Positions 47,284 to 58,400 are shown, numbered from the stretch's first letter. The stretch is DNA of 64,000 nt from Candidatus Woesearchaeota archaeon (GCA_018692915.1 JABHLG010000013.1:7993-71992); one strand, 5' to 3'. Notes: a model not told the origin generated them from the sequence alone. A program made the numbers and translations.

Positions 47284-48341
47284 CTAATCAATCAGATTCT
47301 GAAGTTATAGCTGGGCTGCTCAAAGAAGCAGGTTATAAACTAACTGATTTGAAAAATGCAGATTTAGTAATATTTAATACATGTAGTTTGAAAAGTCCCA
47401 CTGAGCAAAGTTTATTTAGGAAAATTCAAGACAATGCTAAAACTAAAAAAATAATTATTGCTGGCTGCTTTCCACTTTCATTTCCAGAAGATAAACGATT
47501 GAAAAACTATTCCTTACTAGGTAGCTTTGATTTGAAAAAAGTTGTTGATGTTGTTAGTAAAACACTAAATGGCAAGCGCGTTGTTCTGCTTAGTCGAAAA
47601 GCAGAAGATAAATCCTGTCTTCCAAAAATCAGAGATAATCAAAAAATTGCAAAAGTTGTAATATCAAAAGGCTGTCTTTCAAACTGTGCGTTTTGCGCGG
47701 GAAAAAAAGCTCGGGGAAAATTAGAAAGCTACAGTATTACAAATATTATATCTGAAGTTCAAGCTGCTGTTGCAGATGGATGCAATCGAATTTATTTAAC
47801 TTGTCAAGACACTGGCTGCTATGGCTTTGATCAAAACACAAATCTTATTGAGTTAGTTAAGAAAGTACTTGCAGTTAAAGGTAATTTTAAAGTTCGGATT
47901 GGAATGATGAGTCCACAGTGGGCTCTTAAATTATTACCTGAATTAATTGAAATTTATAAGCATGAAAAAGTTGTGAAATTCTTGCACATTCCTGTTCAGT
48001 CTGGCTCAGATAAAATTCTAAAGCTAATGAATCGGCAATACACTATAGCTGAATTCAAGAAGGTTGTTGAAACTTTCCGCAAACAGGTTCCAATAGACAG
48101 CATTTCAACAGATATAATTGTTGGCTTTCCTGGAGAGACTGAAGCAGATTTTAAGAAAACCGTTGAGCTGTTACAGTGGTTGAAGCCAGAAGTTCTGAAC
48201 ACAACAAAATACTGGCCTCGAAAAGGCACAGTTGCCGGTGATAATTACTTTAATTCAATTGATAATCCAAACAGCCATCAAGCAAAAGAGATTTCTAAAA
48301 TCAAACAAGAGCGAGCACTAATTCTACATCAATTAAAATAA
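47247..48341 (+). CDS. MiaB-like radical-SAM methylthiotransferase (archaeal e-MtaB/CDKAL1 type)
   Basis: N-terminal UPF0004 domain (HTQGCTANQSDSE) and radical SAM cluster CLSNCAFCAG. Confidence 0.75.
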   Translation: MIKIYIHTQGCTANQSDSEVIAGLLKEAGYKLTDLKNADLVIFNTCSLKSPTEQSLFRKIQDNAKTKKIIIAGCFPLSFPEDKRLKNYSLLGSFDLKKVVDVVSKTLNGKRVVLLSRKAEDKSCLPKIRDNQKIAKVVISKGCLSNCAFCAGKKARGKLESYSITNIISEVQAAVADGCNRIYLTCQDTGCYGFDQNTNLIELVKKVLAVKGNFKVRIGMMSPQWALKLLPELIEIYKHEKVVKFLHIPVQSGSDKILKLMNRQYTIAEFKKVVETFRKQVPIDSISTDIIVGFPGETEADFKKTVELLQWLKPEVLNTTKYWPRKGTVAGDNYFNSIDNPNSHQAKEISKIKQERALILHQLK

Positions 48342-48382
48342 AAAAGAAAGAAAGGGAAAGGTGCACCTTCCGAAGTAAATAA

Positions 48383-48676
48383 TTAAATGTGCTTAATACC
48401 TTTCTTCTTAACGTTGGACTTCCAGATTTGTTTTCCTCTCATCCATGCAGGTGCGTTTGCTGGTGCTTTGACCCTCTTTCTTGTTCCTGTAAAGATGTGT
48501 AACCTTTTCCGTCCTCTTTCACGAAGTACTATATTTGTGAAACCACGTGTTGCTGCTTTAAGTGCTGCTTGTCGAGGTTGTCTGCCTGTAAATACATGCT
48601 TAGTATCCTTTCCGTTCTGTTGTAACACGAAATACCGTGTTGAACCTTTAGCTTTTCTTGCTCTTCGCTTTGCCAT
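48383..48676 (-). CDS. chromatin protein MC1
   Basis: VFTGRQPRQAALKAATRG...LRERGRKRLHIFTG...APANAPAWM matches my recollection of the Methanosarcina MC1 sequence. Confidence 0.7.
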   Translation of the reverse strand: MAKRRARKAKGSTRYFVLQQNGKDTKHVFTGRQPRQAALKAATRGFTNIVLRERGRKRLHIFTGTRKRVKAPANAPAWMRGKQIWKSNVKKKGIKHI

Positions 48677-48805
48677 TTTTTAACTCCTATAGAATAACTA
48701 TATAGTTAATCTACTAAAATCAGACAACGTTATCATATATAAATTCTTCGGTGCTGTAGTGCGTTTTTAAAAAAAAGGTTATTATTACACAGTCAGAACA
48801 AAATC

Positions 48806-49552
48806 CTATTTATTCTCTATTCGAGGAGCAAGTATGAAGCTCATTTGTAGCTTGTTTAAGCTCTTGAAATCTATTTTAAGAGGATAATCTGAACTAAATT
48901 GTATAATTGCAGTATCTGATAAAACTGAAGACTTTGCCATTTTCTTAAGATATTCGGTTGAATATATGCCTGTAACTTTTTCTTTAACATCCATACTAAC
49001 TAATGCGTCGCTTCCTTTTGCTAAATCAATATTAACTTTAGACCCTGTATCGCCTGCACTTAATTGAAGTTTTTCTGAATCTGCGACAAAATTTAATGCA
49101 TCACCAACAACACTTGCGTCATCAATAAGATCTCTAAATTCCTTAGCATCAATCTCAATTTTTGCTGCAAATTCTAAACTTGGTGCTTGCTTTTCCTTTG
49201 TTTCTTTTTCAAGCATAGGGATTTGGAATTTCTTAATTGATTTGCTGAATATTGTTAAAACTAATCTATTACCTTCTGCAGTCAATGAAATTGGCTCAGT
49301 TGGCTTAACTCGTCTAAGTGCTTGCTTAAGATTATCAAGATTTATTGTAATTTCTTCTGAGCCATCAACTTGGTAACTTGTAAATGCTGATGGTAAAATA
49401 TCAAGAATAACCATAGAAATATTTGCTGGGTCCATAGCAGTTAGCTTAACACCTTCTTTTGTAATTGAAAATGTTGCTTCCGTTATAAAATCAGATATAA
49501 TAGCTACAGTATTACTCAAAATTCGAGATTCATCTAGCTTAATATTAAACAT
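48806..49552 (-). CDS. pcn: DNA polymerase sliding clamp (PCNA)
   Basis: 248 aa with two-domain PCNA layout, MFNIKLDES...ISDFITEATF... Confidence 0.85.
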   Translation of the reverse strand: MFNIKLDESRILSNTVAIISDFITEATFSITKEGVKLTAMDPANISMVILDILPSAFTSYQVDGSEEITINLDNLKQALRRVKPTEPISLTAEGNRLVLTIFSKSIKKFQIPMLEKETKEKQAPSLEFAAKIEIDAKEFRDLIDDASVVGDALNFVADSEKLQLSAGDTGSKVNIDLAKGSDALVSMDVKEKVTGIYSTEYLKKMAKSSVLSDTAIIQFSSDYPLKIDFKSLNKLQMSFILAPRIENK

Positions 49553-49654
49553 AGCTTCACCTAATTGAAACAGTTAAATTGTATTTATAATGATTTTGCG
49601 TTTTCAACAGACAGCTCAAGATTTAAAATCTTGTGAGGTAGCAAATTCCTTTTG

Positions 49655-50152
49655 CTACAACTCATATATTCCATATTTCTTAAATATTCCAATAGTTTCA
49701 ACTAATTTTGCTCCACATTTCTTAATCATACACATCGAGGATTTATTTTTCATATCAATCTGACAAAAAAGCGGTTTATGTATTTGATTAATCGCTCTAT
49801 TTATCAATTCAGAACCAATTCCTTTATTACGATAGGCCTTATCAACAAAAGTTAAAATAACAAATGCATCGTTACGATATTTTTTTGCAGGCACAAGTAA
49901 TAATTGTGTGCTCGGTAACATTTTATCTAAGAAACTAGCATTTTTTAAAATTTTAGAAGCATCATCTATTGCATATATGAACCCAACAATTGTATTTTTA
50001 TCTCGAGCAACTAAACTAAATTCAGGATTTTTTAAATATATTGAAATAACTCTTTCTGAAAATTTCTTTGAGAACTTCTTTTCTAAAAAAGATTTCCTAA
50101 AAAGAATAGAAATATCAGAGATATCTTTCTCTGATGGTTTTTCATATTGCAT
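49655..50152 (-). CDS. GNAT family N-acetyltransferase
   Basis: VDKAYRNKGIGSELINRAI motif. Confidence 0.65.
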   Translation of the reverse strand: MQYEKPSEKDISDISILFRKSFLEKKFSKKFSERVISIYLKNPEFSLVARDKNTIVGFIYAIDDASKILKNASFLDKMLPSTQLLLVPAKKYRNDAFVILTFVDKAYRNKGIGSELINRAINQIHKPLFCQIDMKNKSSMCMIKKCGAKLVETIGIFKKYGIYEL

Positions 50153-50154
50153 TT

Positions 50155-50295
50155 CTATATTGGCAGAATACTTAAGTCCAGAATGCCGTGATTTGATAGA
50201 TAGGTTGCGATTAATATTCCAATAATTATTCCAATACCTATATACATAGTTAATCCGCCGCCCATCATTCCCATGCCCATTGCTTTTTTATTCAT
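50155..50295 (-). CDS. small Gly/Met-rich membrane protein (46 aa)
   Basis: Own translation gives MNKKAMGMGMMGGGLTMYIGIGIIIGILIATYLSNHGILDLSILPI. Support is ORF-only. Confidence 0.25.
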   Translation of the reverse strand: MNKKAMGMGMMGGGLTMYIGIGIIIGILIATYLSNHGILDLSILPI

Positions 50296-50359
50296 AAACA
50301 TCACCTCAATTATTAGTTATACATACTATTGGCTATATATATAATTTACTAATTAATTG

Positions 50360-50692
50360 CTATGCAAATACTTGCTTATATAAACCTAAATCAAAATTTG
50401 TAAAGTCTTGAACAATATCGCCTTGAAGTTCAATATCGTCTCCATCGCCCCAAATCCTACCGAAAACTCTAACAACTTGACCATCTTTAATCTGATTAAA
50501 CTTATCTGCATCATTCATAATTATATTTACAGTTCCAGTGCTATCATCTAGCAAGAATGAAAGTATTTTATCATTTTTGCTAACAATTGTTCCAACAATA
50601 GATACTCTAGTCAAATCTTTATTTAAATTTTTTACTAAAACTTGCTTTGAAGGTGCTCTTTTTTGAAAAGTTCTTTTTTCTTCTTCTGCCAT
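50360..50692 (-). CDS. OB-fold nucleic-acid-binding protein (RPA small-subunit-like)
   Basis: VSIVGTIVSKNDKILSFLLDDSTGTVNIIM...VVRVFGRI OB pattern. Confidence 0.35.
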   Translation of the reverse strand: MAEEEKRTFQKRAPSKQVLVKNLNKDLTRVSIVGTIVSKNDKILSFLLDDSTGTVNIIMNDADKFNQIKDGQVVRVFGRIWGDGDDIELQGDIVQDFTNFDLGLYKQVFA

Positions 50693-50742
50693 CTCAATTC
50701 TCATAAATTCGAATTAAAATAAAAGCATTTGTTTAGTAAGGT

Positions 50743-50867
50743 CTATGCGTATTCTCTCCAAGTGTGATTGCCATTTTCTTTCTTGAAAGAAAGAAACTAT
50801 GCTTCCAAAGAAAGAACATATACTCGTGCTTCGCACGCAATTATGCGTATTCTCTCCAAGTGTGATT
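50743..50867. repeat. Terminus-duplication locus at the tfs 3' end (D/B-like element)
   Basis: 27-nt repeat (50743-50769 and 50841-50867, NHTWREYA*) with 26/27 identity, TAG vs TAA. It flanks a 71-nt insert gccattttctttcttgaaagaaagaaactatgcttccaaagaaagaac...gtgcttcgcacgcaa. Confidence 0.85.
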
Positions 50868-51155
50868 ACATTTAATGCATCTATAAAATTGGGTCTCTGC
50901 TTCATCAGTAGATCTTGTTTGTAATGACCAATTATATGCTTCAAGATGTTTGCATTTTGGGCACTTTTCTTTAACTTTTGCTAAAGTATCTGCAGTTTCC
51001 TCTTTAACTTTATGATTATCTTCGCAATCTGCTTTTTCTTTTAAAGATAATTCTGCTTTTGAATGTGATGAGTAACCACAAGAACAATGTATATTCTTCT
51101 TATCTGAAGATGGAATTAATAGACCACCACATTTTGGACAAAAAGGTGTGTTCAT
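50841..51155 (-). CDS. tfs: transcription factor S / RNAP subunit M family
   Basis: N-terminal CPKC..C.C ribbon and C-terminal CPKC...QTRSTDEAETQFYRCIKCNHTWRE TFIIS ribbon. Confidence 0.85.
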   Translation of the reverse strand: MNTPFCPKCGGLLIPSSDKKNIHCSCGYSSHSKAELSLKEKADCEDNHKVKEETADTLAKVKEKCPKCKHLEAYNWSLQTRSTDEAETQFYRCIKCNHTWREYA

Positions 51156-51243
51156 TTCGTTCTTCCGACAAAACCTGGATATATAAAACTTACTATACCA
51201 AATAAGATGAAAATGTTTTTATAAGTTGTTATAGCTTGATTAA

Positions 51244-51813
51244 ATGACAGTAAAAATGCGCAAATTATTTTGGAAAACGTGGAATTTCCTAATTCATGAA
51301 GATACAGTATATAGCTTTATAGCTGACGCAATATTAATTTTAATAATTGGTAAATTTATACTTTTTCCAGGATTAGGGCTTATTTTTGGTAATGACTTCC
51401 CAATTGTTGCAGTAATTTCAGGTTCTATGGACCATCACAATGCTGAATTTGATGAATGGTGGGCAGAGAATAACAGATATTATGATTATTTTAATATAAG
51501 TGAGTCTGATTTTAATGATTTTTATGTAAATAATGGTTTTGAGAAAGGAGATGTTCTAATTATTAAAAGCATTCCAGAGGCGGAATTAGAAATAGGTGAC
51601 GTTATAGTATATTCTGTTCCATATAGAGCTGATCCAATTATACACAGAATTGTTTCTTTTGACCCTATTGAAACAAAAGGTGACGCAAACCAAGGTCAAA
51701 TTTCTTTTGAAACATCAATACCTTACAATCAAGTTCATGGAAAAGCAGTTTTTATTGTTCCATACATAGGTTGGGTTAAAGTAGGCGCAATGGAAGTCTT
51801 AGGTATAATATAA
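51244..51813 (+). CDS. signal peptidase I (archaeal Sec11/S26B type)
   Basis: TM segment, ISGSMDH, GDVIVY, IIHRIV, KGDAN. Confidence 0.6.
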   Translation: MTVKMRKLFWKTWNFLIHEDTVYSFIADAILILIIGKFILFPGLGLIFGNDFPIVAVISGSMDHHNAEFDEWWAENNRYYDYFNISESDFNDFYVNNGFEKGDVLIIKSIPEAELEIGDVIVYSVPYRADPIIHRIVSFDPIETKGDANQGQISFETSIPYNQVHGKAVFIVPYIGWVKVGAMEVLGII

Positions 51814-51876
51814 TCAAATATATTTATTTTTCGACTATCATCAAAACTTATTTATACAATCTAGTATATATTCTAT

Positions 51877-52899
51877 ATGAATATTAGTAAGACAAGTCTA
51901 GATAGTAAAATAATTGAATATAATAAATACTTAACAAAATTAGAAAGAGAATTACAAAGAGTAGTTATAGGCCAAAGCAATGCAGTTAAAGTTGTTATTA
52001 TGGCTCTAATGTGTAATGGACATGTTTTATTAGAAGGTAAGCCAGGTCTTGCTAAAACACTTTTAGTAAAAGTACTGGCTGAATTAAATGATTGTAATTT
52101 TAGTAGAATTCAATTTACTCCAGACCTACTACCTACAGATATTATCGGTATGACTACTCTTGCAAGCACATTCTCAGCAATAGTTGGTGGTAAAGCTCCC
52201 CTTGACCTTGAAATAATTAAAGGTCCTGTTTTTGCAAATTTTATACTAGCAGATGAAATTAATAGAGCATCTCCAAAAGTTCAATCTGCGCTTTTAGAAG
52301 CAATGCAGGAAAAGCAAGTAACTATTGGTAAAAAAACTTACAAACTAGACGAACCTTTCCTTATTTTTGCAACACAGAACCCCATAGAAGAATCTGGAAC
52401 ATATGAATTACCTGCTGCACAAACAGATAGATTTTTATTTAAATCAAAAGTAGGGTATCCAGATATTTTTTCTGAAGAAATAATATTAGATAACAATGTA
52501 ACAACAAATAAATTTTCTGATTTAAATATTAAACCAGTTATTAATAGTAAAAAAATCATTGAAATCCAAGAATTAGTTAAGCAAATTGAAGTAAGTCCGA
52601 CAGTTAAAAGATATATAGTTAAAATCGTAGATGCAACAAGAAATCCTAAAAATTATAATGTTAATAGTGGTAAGTATATTTTATATGGTGCAAGTCCTAG
52701 AGCATCAATTGGATTATATATTGCAGGAAAAGCAAATGCTTTTCTAAATAATAAATCATTTGTCCTACCACAATATATTAAAAATGTAGCATATGACATA
52801 CTTAGACATCGTATAAGAGTAAACTACGAAGGAATTGCAAACAAAATAACTTCAGAAGATATTATCAAAGAGATACTTGAAAAAGTTCCGCTACCATAA
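51877..52899 (+). CDS. MoxR-family AAA+ ATPase
   Basis: LLEGKPGLAKT Walker A, LADEINRASPKVQSALLEAMQE, FLIFATQNP. Confidence 0.9.
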   Translation: MNISKTSLDSKIIEYNKYLTKLERELQRVVIGQSNAVKVVIMALMCNGHVLLEGKPGLAKTLLVKVLAELNDCNFSRIQFTPDLLPTDIIGMTTLASTFSAIVGGKAPLDLEIIKGPVFANFILADEINRASPKVQSALLEAMQEKQVTIGKKTYKLDEPFLIFATQNPIEESGTYELPAAQTDRFLFKSKVGYPDIFSEEIILDNNVTTNKFSDLNIKPVINSKKIIEIQELVKQIEVSPTVKRYIVKIVDATRNPKNYNVNSGKYILYGASPRASIGLYIAGKANAFLNNKSFVLPQYIKNVAYDILRHRIRVNYEGIANKITSEDIIKEILEKVPLP

Positions 52900-52905
52900 T
52901 TAATA

Positions 52906-53802
52906 ATGAAATCACTTAAAGTTGATATTGATGATGTAATTAGAAAAACATCTGCAATGAGTACAGAGTTACAAATAACAAAAAAAGGCTCTATTGGATT
53001 TACACGTCAATATGAAAGTAAAGAACTTGGATCTGAGAGTATAGAATTTTTTGATTTTAGAGAATACACTCCACAAGATAATCCAAAAAATATTGATTGG
53101 AAAGCTTCAATTCGTTCAGGTAAAATGGTAATACGTCAAACAATTATTGAAAAAGACGTGGAAGTTATTTTTGCAGTAGATTGTGGCAATAGTATGTTAT
53201 TTGGTTCTGTTGATAAATTAAAAATCGAAAATTCTGTAGAATTAACTGCTGCACTATCTCATATGCTATTACATTCTGGCGTATCTGTTGGTTTAATTTT
53301 ATACAGCGACAAAGTTAAAGATTTTGTAAAACCTAGTTTTGGTGGTCATCAGTTTGAAGATATTAGAAGAACTTTAATGAATTATCAAGCATTTGGTGGA
53401 GAAACAAATATAAACATTTCAATTCCAATTATCCATTCTGTAGCAAGACCTGAGAGTGTTGTAATATTTATATCTGATTTTATTAAATTTAATGAGCGGG
53501 AGATAGATATAATAAAAAAAATTGGCAACAGATGCAAAGTTGCTGGAATCATGGTTAGAGATATAACAGATAAAAATTTACCAAAAGGAGGTTATGTTAT
53601 CTTTGAGGACCCTTCTGAAAAAGAGCATCTTCTAATAAACACAAGTGAAATAAATGAAGAATATGAAAGAATTGCAACTAAACAAGAAAATATTATATCA
53701 GAAGGATTTACTGCTATAAACGCAGCACTATATAAAATATACACAAACAAAAATATAGTTGATAATATCAAAGATATACTTTCGAGAAATGCTAGTGTTT
53801 GA
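52906..53802 (+). CDS. DUF58 domain protein (MoxR partner)
   Basis: FDFREYTPQDNPKNIDWKASIRSGK motif followed by a VWA-like region. Confidence 0.8.
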   Translation: MKSLKVDIDDVIRKTSAMSTELQITKKGSIGFTRQYESKELGSESIEFFDFREYTPQDNPKNIDWKASIRSGKMVIRQTIIEKDVEVIFAVDCGNSMLFGSVDKLKIENSVELTAALSHMLLHSGVSVGLILYSDKVKDFVKPSFGGHQFEDIRRTLMNYQAFGGETNINISIPIIHSVARPESVVIFISDFIKFNEREIDIIKKIGNRCKVAGIMVRDITDKNLPKGGYVIFEDPSEKEHLLINTSEINEEYERIATKQENIISEGFTAINAALYKIYTNKNIVDNIKDILSRNASV

Positions 53803-54727
53803 ACATCCACAATATTTGATATTATTAATAACAATACCTATAGTTATCTTTGCGCATTCATTAAGTATATACAAATCAAAAAGAAGAGCTATACTTTTCT
53901 CTAATTATGAAGCTATGAAAAGAGTTAGTAGTAAACATAAACTTCCAAAAAACATTTCTTGGATTGTTTTTAAAATATTAATTTGTGTGCTATTTACATT
54001 TGCGATAGCAGGAACAACACTTGTTTATGAAACAACTGTTAGTGATGCAGATTATATTCTTGCACTTGATGCTTCAGGTTCAATGCTTAGCGCTGATGTT
54101 GAACCAACTAGATTTGATGCTGCAAAGCAAGCTGAAATTAATTTCATTAATACATTAACTAAAACTGGAACAAAATCTCGAGTTTCATTATTAACTTTTG
54201 CAGGTTCTACATTTATACACACACACCTAACTTATGATACAGGCCCTCTACCTGATGTTGTAAAAAGTTTAAACATAAGCACAGTTCCTGGAACTGCAAT
54301 TGGAGAAACAATAGTAAATGGTGCAAATATATTATATGATAGTGATAAAGTTAAGGTTCTATATATTATAACGGATGGTCAGAGTAATGTTGGTGTAGAT
54401 GTAGATTATGCTATAAAATATGCGCAAAGAAATTCTCTTGTTGTAAATACAATAGGTATTGGAACAGTCCGAGACCCATTAGTTGAAGAAGATAGATTAT
54501 CTTCTACTCTTGATGAAAGCACACTTAAGAAAATTGCTTCTGAAACAGGAGGTTCATATTATGCAGTAACAAGTTCTAAACAATTAAGTGATATATTTAG
54601 AACATCTATTGGACACACACAAGGAATATATGAACTTGATTTAACACATTACATATTATTACTAATATTAGCTTTATTTGTTTTAGAATGGGTTTTAATT
54701 AATACATTATTTAAGATGATTCCGTAG
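53789..54727 (+). CDS. VWA domain membrane protein (BatA-like)
   Basis: Two N-terminal TM segments, MIDAS-like LALDASGSM, C-terminal TM. ATG at 53789. Confidence 0.75.
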   Translation: MLVFEHPQYLILLITIPIVIFAHSLSIYKSKRRAILFSNYEAMKRVSSKHKLPKNISWIVFKILICVLFTFAIAGTTLVYETTVSDADYILALDASGSMLSADVEPTRFDAAKQAEINFINTLTKTGTKSRVSLLTFAGSTFIHTHLTYDTGPLPDVVKSLNISTVPGTAIGETIVNGANILYDSDKVKVLYIITDGQSNVGVDVDYAIKYAQRNSLVVNTIGIGTVRDPLVEEDRLSSTLDESTLKKIASETGGSYYAVTSSKQLSDIFRTSIGHTQGIYELDLTHYILLLILALFVLEWVLINTLFKMIP

Positions 54728-55304
54728 TGAGTTTGTTTTTTTCAGAATTTGTAGAATTATGATTTAATAATGCGTTCATGTAATCAAGGTACGCTTTTAT
54801 TTGTTCTGAATCTATTTTTTCTAGTTTGTGTTTTAGTGTTCTGAAACGTATAAGAAGATGAATTAATTTATTTGAAGAGTGATCTTTCTTATTTATCCTA
54901 TCTGCAATTTCAGATACAGTATCTCCTGGCGATATTCTAATATTTTTATGAACTGCTAAATAATATCGTGCAATCATATCCATTTCAATTATTGCTTCCC
55001 GAGAGCTTAATTTGTCTATATTTTCCATAAGATAAGATACTCTTATCCTAAAATAATCAATTAAATTTTCTCTAGTAAATTTTTTCGGCTTAGAAGAAAA
55101 TTTAAAATCTATACCTTTAAATTTTGGTAATTCAATACCCGGAATGTTAATATTTGGCATTTTAATATCTGGCGCCTTAATTTTCTTAAGTTCTTTACTA
55201 TATTCAATAATGTACAAATAAATCCAAATAACTAACGCAATAACAGATATGACTAGTAAAATAAAAACATTCTCAAATAGGAAATTAGCTAAACTATCTA
55301 TCAT
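54711..55304 (-). CDS. membrane-anchored helical protein (DUF4129-like); homologous to the N-terminal domain of the 1167-aa protein
   Basis: GDTVSEIADRINKKD...LIRFRTLKHKLEKIDSEQIKAYLDYMNALLN aligns with NATYEELMERINSSD...LIRIFKF...ENKIDDKHLKKFIDYAINLAN of ORF 55434-58937. Confidence 0.4.
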   Translation of the reverse strand: MIDSLANFLFENVFILLVISVIALVIWIYLYIIEYSKELKKIKAPDIKMPNINIPGIELPKFKGIDFKFSSKPKKFTRENLIDYFRIRVSYLMENIDKLSSREAIIEMDMIARYYLAVHKNIRISPGDTVSEIADRINKKDHSSNKLIHLLIRFRTLKHKLEKIDSEQIKAYLDYMNALLNHNSTNSEKNKLTTESS

Positions 55305-55351
55305 AGAATGTAATATAGTCTTAAGTATATATATTTTTTGTGTTAGTTATT

Positions 55352-55441
55352 ACTGACGAAGTCTGTTCCACTGACGAAGTTAGTGATACTGACGAAGTCT
55401 GTTCCACTGACGAAGTTAGTGATACTGACGAAGTTAGTTGT
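55352..55441. repeat. Tandem repeat, five 18-bp units (actgacgaagtctgttcc / actgacgaagttagtgat alternating)
   Basis: Read directly. Units start at 55352, 55370, 55388, 55406 and 55424. The last unit overlaps the stop of the 1167-aa ORF. Confidence 0.9.
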
Positions 55442-58400
55442 TATGTAGATATAGCGAAGCAATATACATCATACTAATAACTGCAACACCTAAAATTATC
55501 ATGATTTTATTCCTATCTAGACCGCTTCGATCTAATAGAGGGTCTAATATATTTATATCAGTAGTAATTCTATCTTTACATTCTTTAATATATGTGTCTA
55601 AAACTCTGTGTGCTTTAGAAAAACTGCCACCATAGTAAAAAGTTTTTGCAGATTGAACATGTTCTAAATATTCAATACACTCCGGATTTGTCTTAAATAA
55701 ATCTTCAATGAATCTTACTTTTGCAAAAAATGATTCATCATCGTCTTCCTTAATTTTAATTACGAAAGTTTCACTATCAGTTACATCCATAGGTTTTATT
55801 GCTTTACCAGTTATAGTTGCATTATATTCTCCAGATGTAGCTAAATAAGTTGTAAATTTAACTGTAATTGTCTGGTTTGTTTTAGTAGGAAGCTTATCAA
55901 TAGTATTTTTTTCTAAATTAGCATCAAAACCAGATATAGTTGGGAACAAACTATTCAAGCTAATATCTTCTAAATCTTTATCACCATCGTTTATAATAGT
56001 TAATTGAGAAATCTTTGCATCAATTGGATACATTTCAACATCATCCATATTTAATTTAAGAGATACAACTTTAACACTAGAACCGCCTCCACCTGAAGAT
56101 GGTGATGATGTAGACTCAGATGTAACAGCATTAACAATTAAACTCGTATTTGCTGTCAAATTTTCACCAGAGGCATCTGTTGCAATAAAAGTCACTGTCT
56201 CTGTTCCAGACCAACCCGATGTAGGTGTAAATGATGCTAAATGACTTGCATTTGCAATAGATACCAATATATTTTCATTGCCTGATACAGTAAAGTTTAA
56301 AGCATAACCATCAGGGTCTAAAAAGTAATCATCTAAATCAGGTCCTTGCTGTACTGAACCAGTATTCCATGTATAATTAGGGATTTGCTTTGTAAGGTTA
56401 ACAAAAATATATGGGCTCTCATTAAATCGCATTTCTCCATATGCACTAGCTGTATCATTATCACCTAAACCAAAGAAAGTTGTTGCTTGTATACTATCAT
56501 TAATTGTTCCGTTTGTGTATGGACTATACATAATATATGAGAAATTTGTGTAATTTATCCCATATTGTGAAGCAACTAAACTTGTAACATTAATTGTCGA
56601 ATTACCTGTAGAATTAATATCTGTAAGATTTGTATTTAATCCAGCAGTCATACCTGTAAGAATATCATAATTTTCAGTTGAGACCCAACTCTCATTTGTA
56701 ATTTCTTCGACAGTAATACTTCCATTCCATTCAGTTGTTACTATCGATGTATTAATTATTATACTAGCATTATTAATTGATATTACATCTAAATCATATA
56801 ATCCTGTTGCATTAAATTTAAGGAAACTTTTTTGGTTGTAATATGTATCATCATCAAAATCTCCTGCACATACAACTGCACCTTCTTGCAAATTAAGATT
56901 AACATAAGATTCATACATCTCAGGGTTTTGATTTACATAAAAATTACTTGCATTTCCAGATGAACAAGAACTTGAGTCACATACAAAAATCCATATGCCT
57001 GTCGTTATATTATCTGTGCTCAAAACAGTGTAATTACAAGAAACATTATAATTTGTTGTTTCATTTACAGAGCAGAAAGTTGTTTCATTACAACCTGCAG
57101 AAGTATTTGCTGTGCTTGTATTACAAACATAAACTGAAACATTTGTGCTATCCACATCTGACCATGTGAAATTAAATAAAATTGTATTATTAACAGGAGT
57201 TCTATTAAATGAATCTGAATCAGAAGTTAAAATATTAAGTGTTGGTGCTGATGCGCCTATTGTAATATTTGTAGAATTAATAAACGTAGTATTTTGATCT
57301 GTTACATTAACGGTACAATTCCACATATTATCAATTCTTGTTTCTGAATCATTTATTGTTTCGCTTGAATTACATGTTGTGCTTTGTGTACAACTAATAT
57401 CTGTTTCAGTGAGATTTAATGTCCAAGCACCACTAACATTTAGATACCAATAAACTTCTGCAGTTATATTTACATCTGAATCATTACTTGCAGTATACCA
57501 ACTACATGAGAGATTACTATCATTATTTGGAGAACTTGGTGATATTGCTACTTGTGACAATTCAAGTGCATCATAAACACCTGTAACATTCATAAGAACG
57601 CCATATGAATCACTCGTATCAATTCCATCTGATGCAGTAAATGTAATTGTTTCTGAATTATTCCAATTATCATCAGGAGTTAAAGTTACAACACCTGTTG
57701 CAGCAATTGAAACAGTTATGTTTGTATTACCTGAATAAGTAAATGTTAAGGTATCATTCTCAGTATCATTAAAATAATCACTTAAATTAAGACTAGTATT
57801 AGCTGTATCTTCTGGCCAAGTCATATTTGGAATATCTGTATGAAATGAAGGTGCAGTATTTTCAGTAACTGTAATAACAAGTCCTTCTGATGCTGCATCA
57901 TTATCTTCAGAACGTGCAATAGCTGTTACATTAAAATCTCCTATGCTTCCAGTTGAAGCAGGTTGAAAAGTCAAATTTCCTGTTGCATTAGTATCGCCTG
58001 CGGTTACACCACTAATTGTTGCTATTGAAACCCAGCTAGGGTCACTATCTCCAATATCAAATGTTATTGTTTCGCCATCAGTATCATTTGCAGTTATTGT
58101 AATTGATAAATTATGACCTTCAACAACAGATTGGTCTGCAATTGTATGTATTGTTACACTACCACTAGTTCCTTCAGTAATTTCATAAGATGAAAAACCC
58201 GTTATACTTCCTCCAATAAATGCGAAACCTGTTACAAAAAGAAGCGCAAGAACAAATATTCCAGTTACTTTTGCAAACTTTAAATTATGAATTGGAGTTA
58301 AAAATTCATCTTGCTTAGGGATTTTAATTTTCTTTGGTGCTTTTGGAGAATCATTAAAGTTATTTGCTAGATTAATTGCATAATCAATAAACTTTTTTAG

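Noticed and set aside
50714-50944. 76-aa minus-strand ORF overlapping the tfs 3' end
   Set aside because: It is an artefact of the 71-nt insertion plus the duplicated tfs terminus, in a different frame from tfs.
55352-55441. CRISPR array
   Set aside because: The units are directly abutting 18-mers with no spacers, and there are no cas genes in the window.
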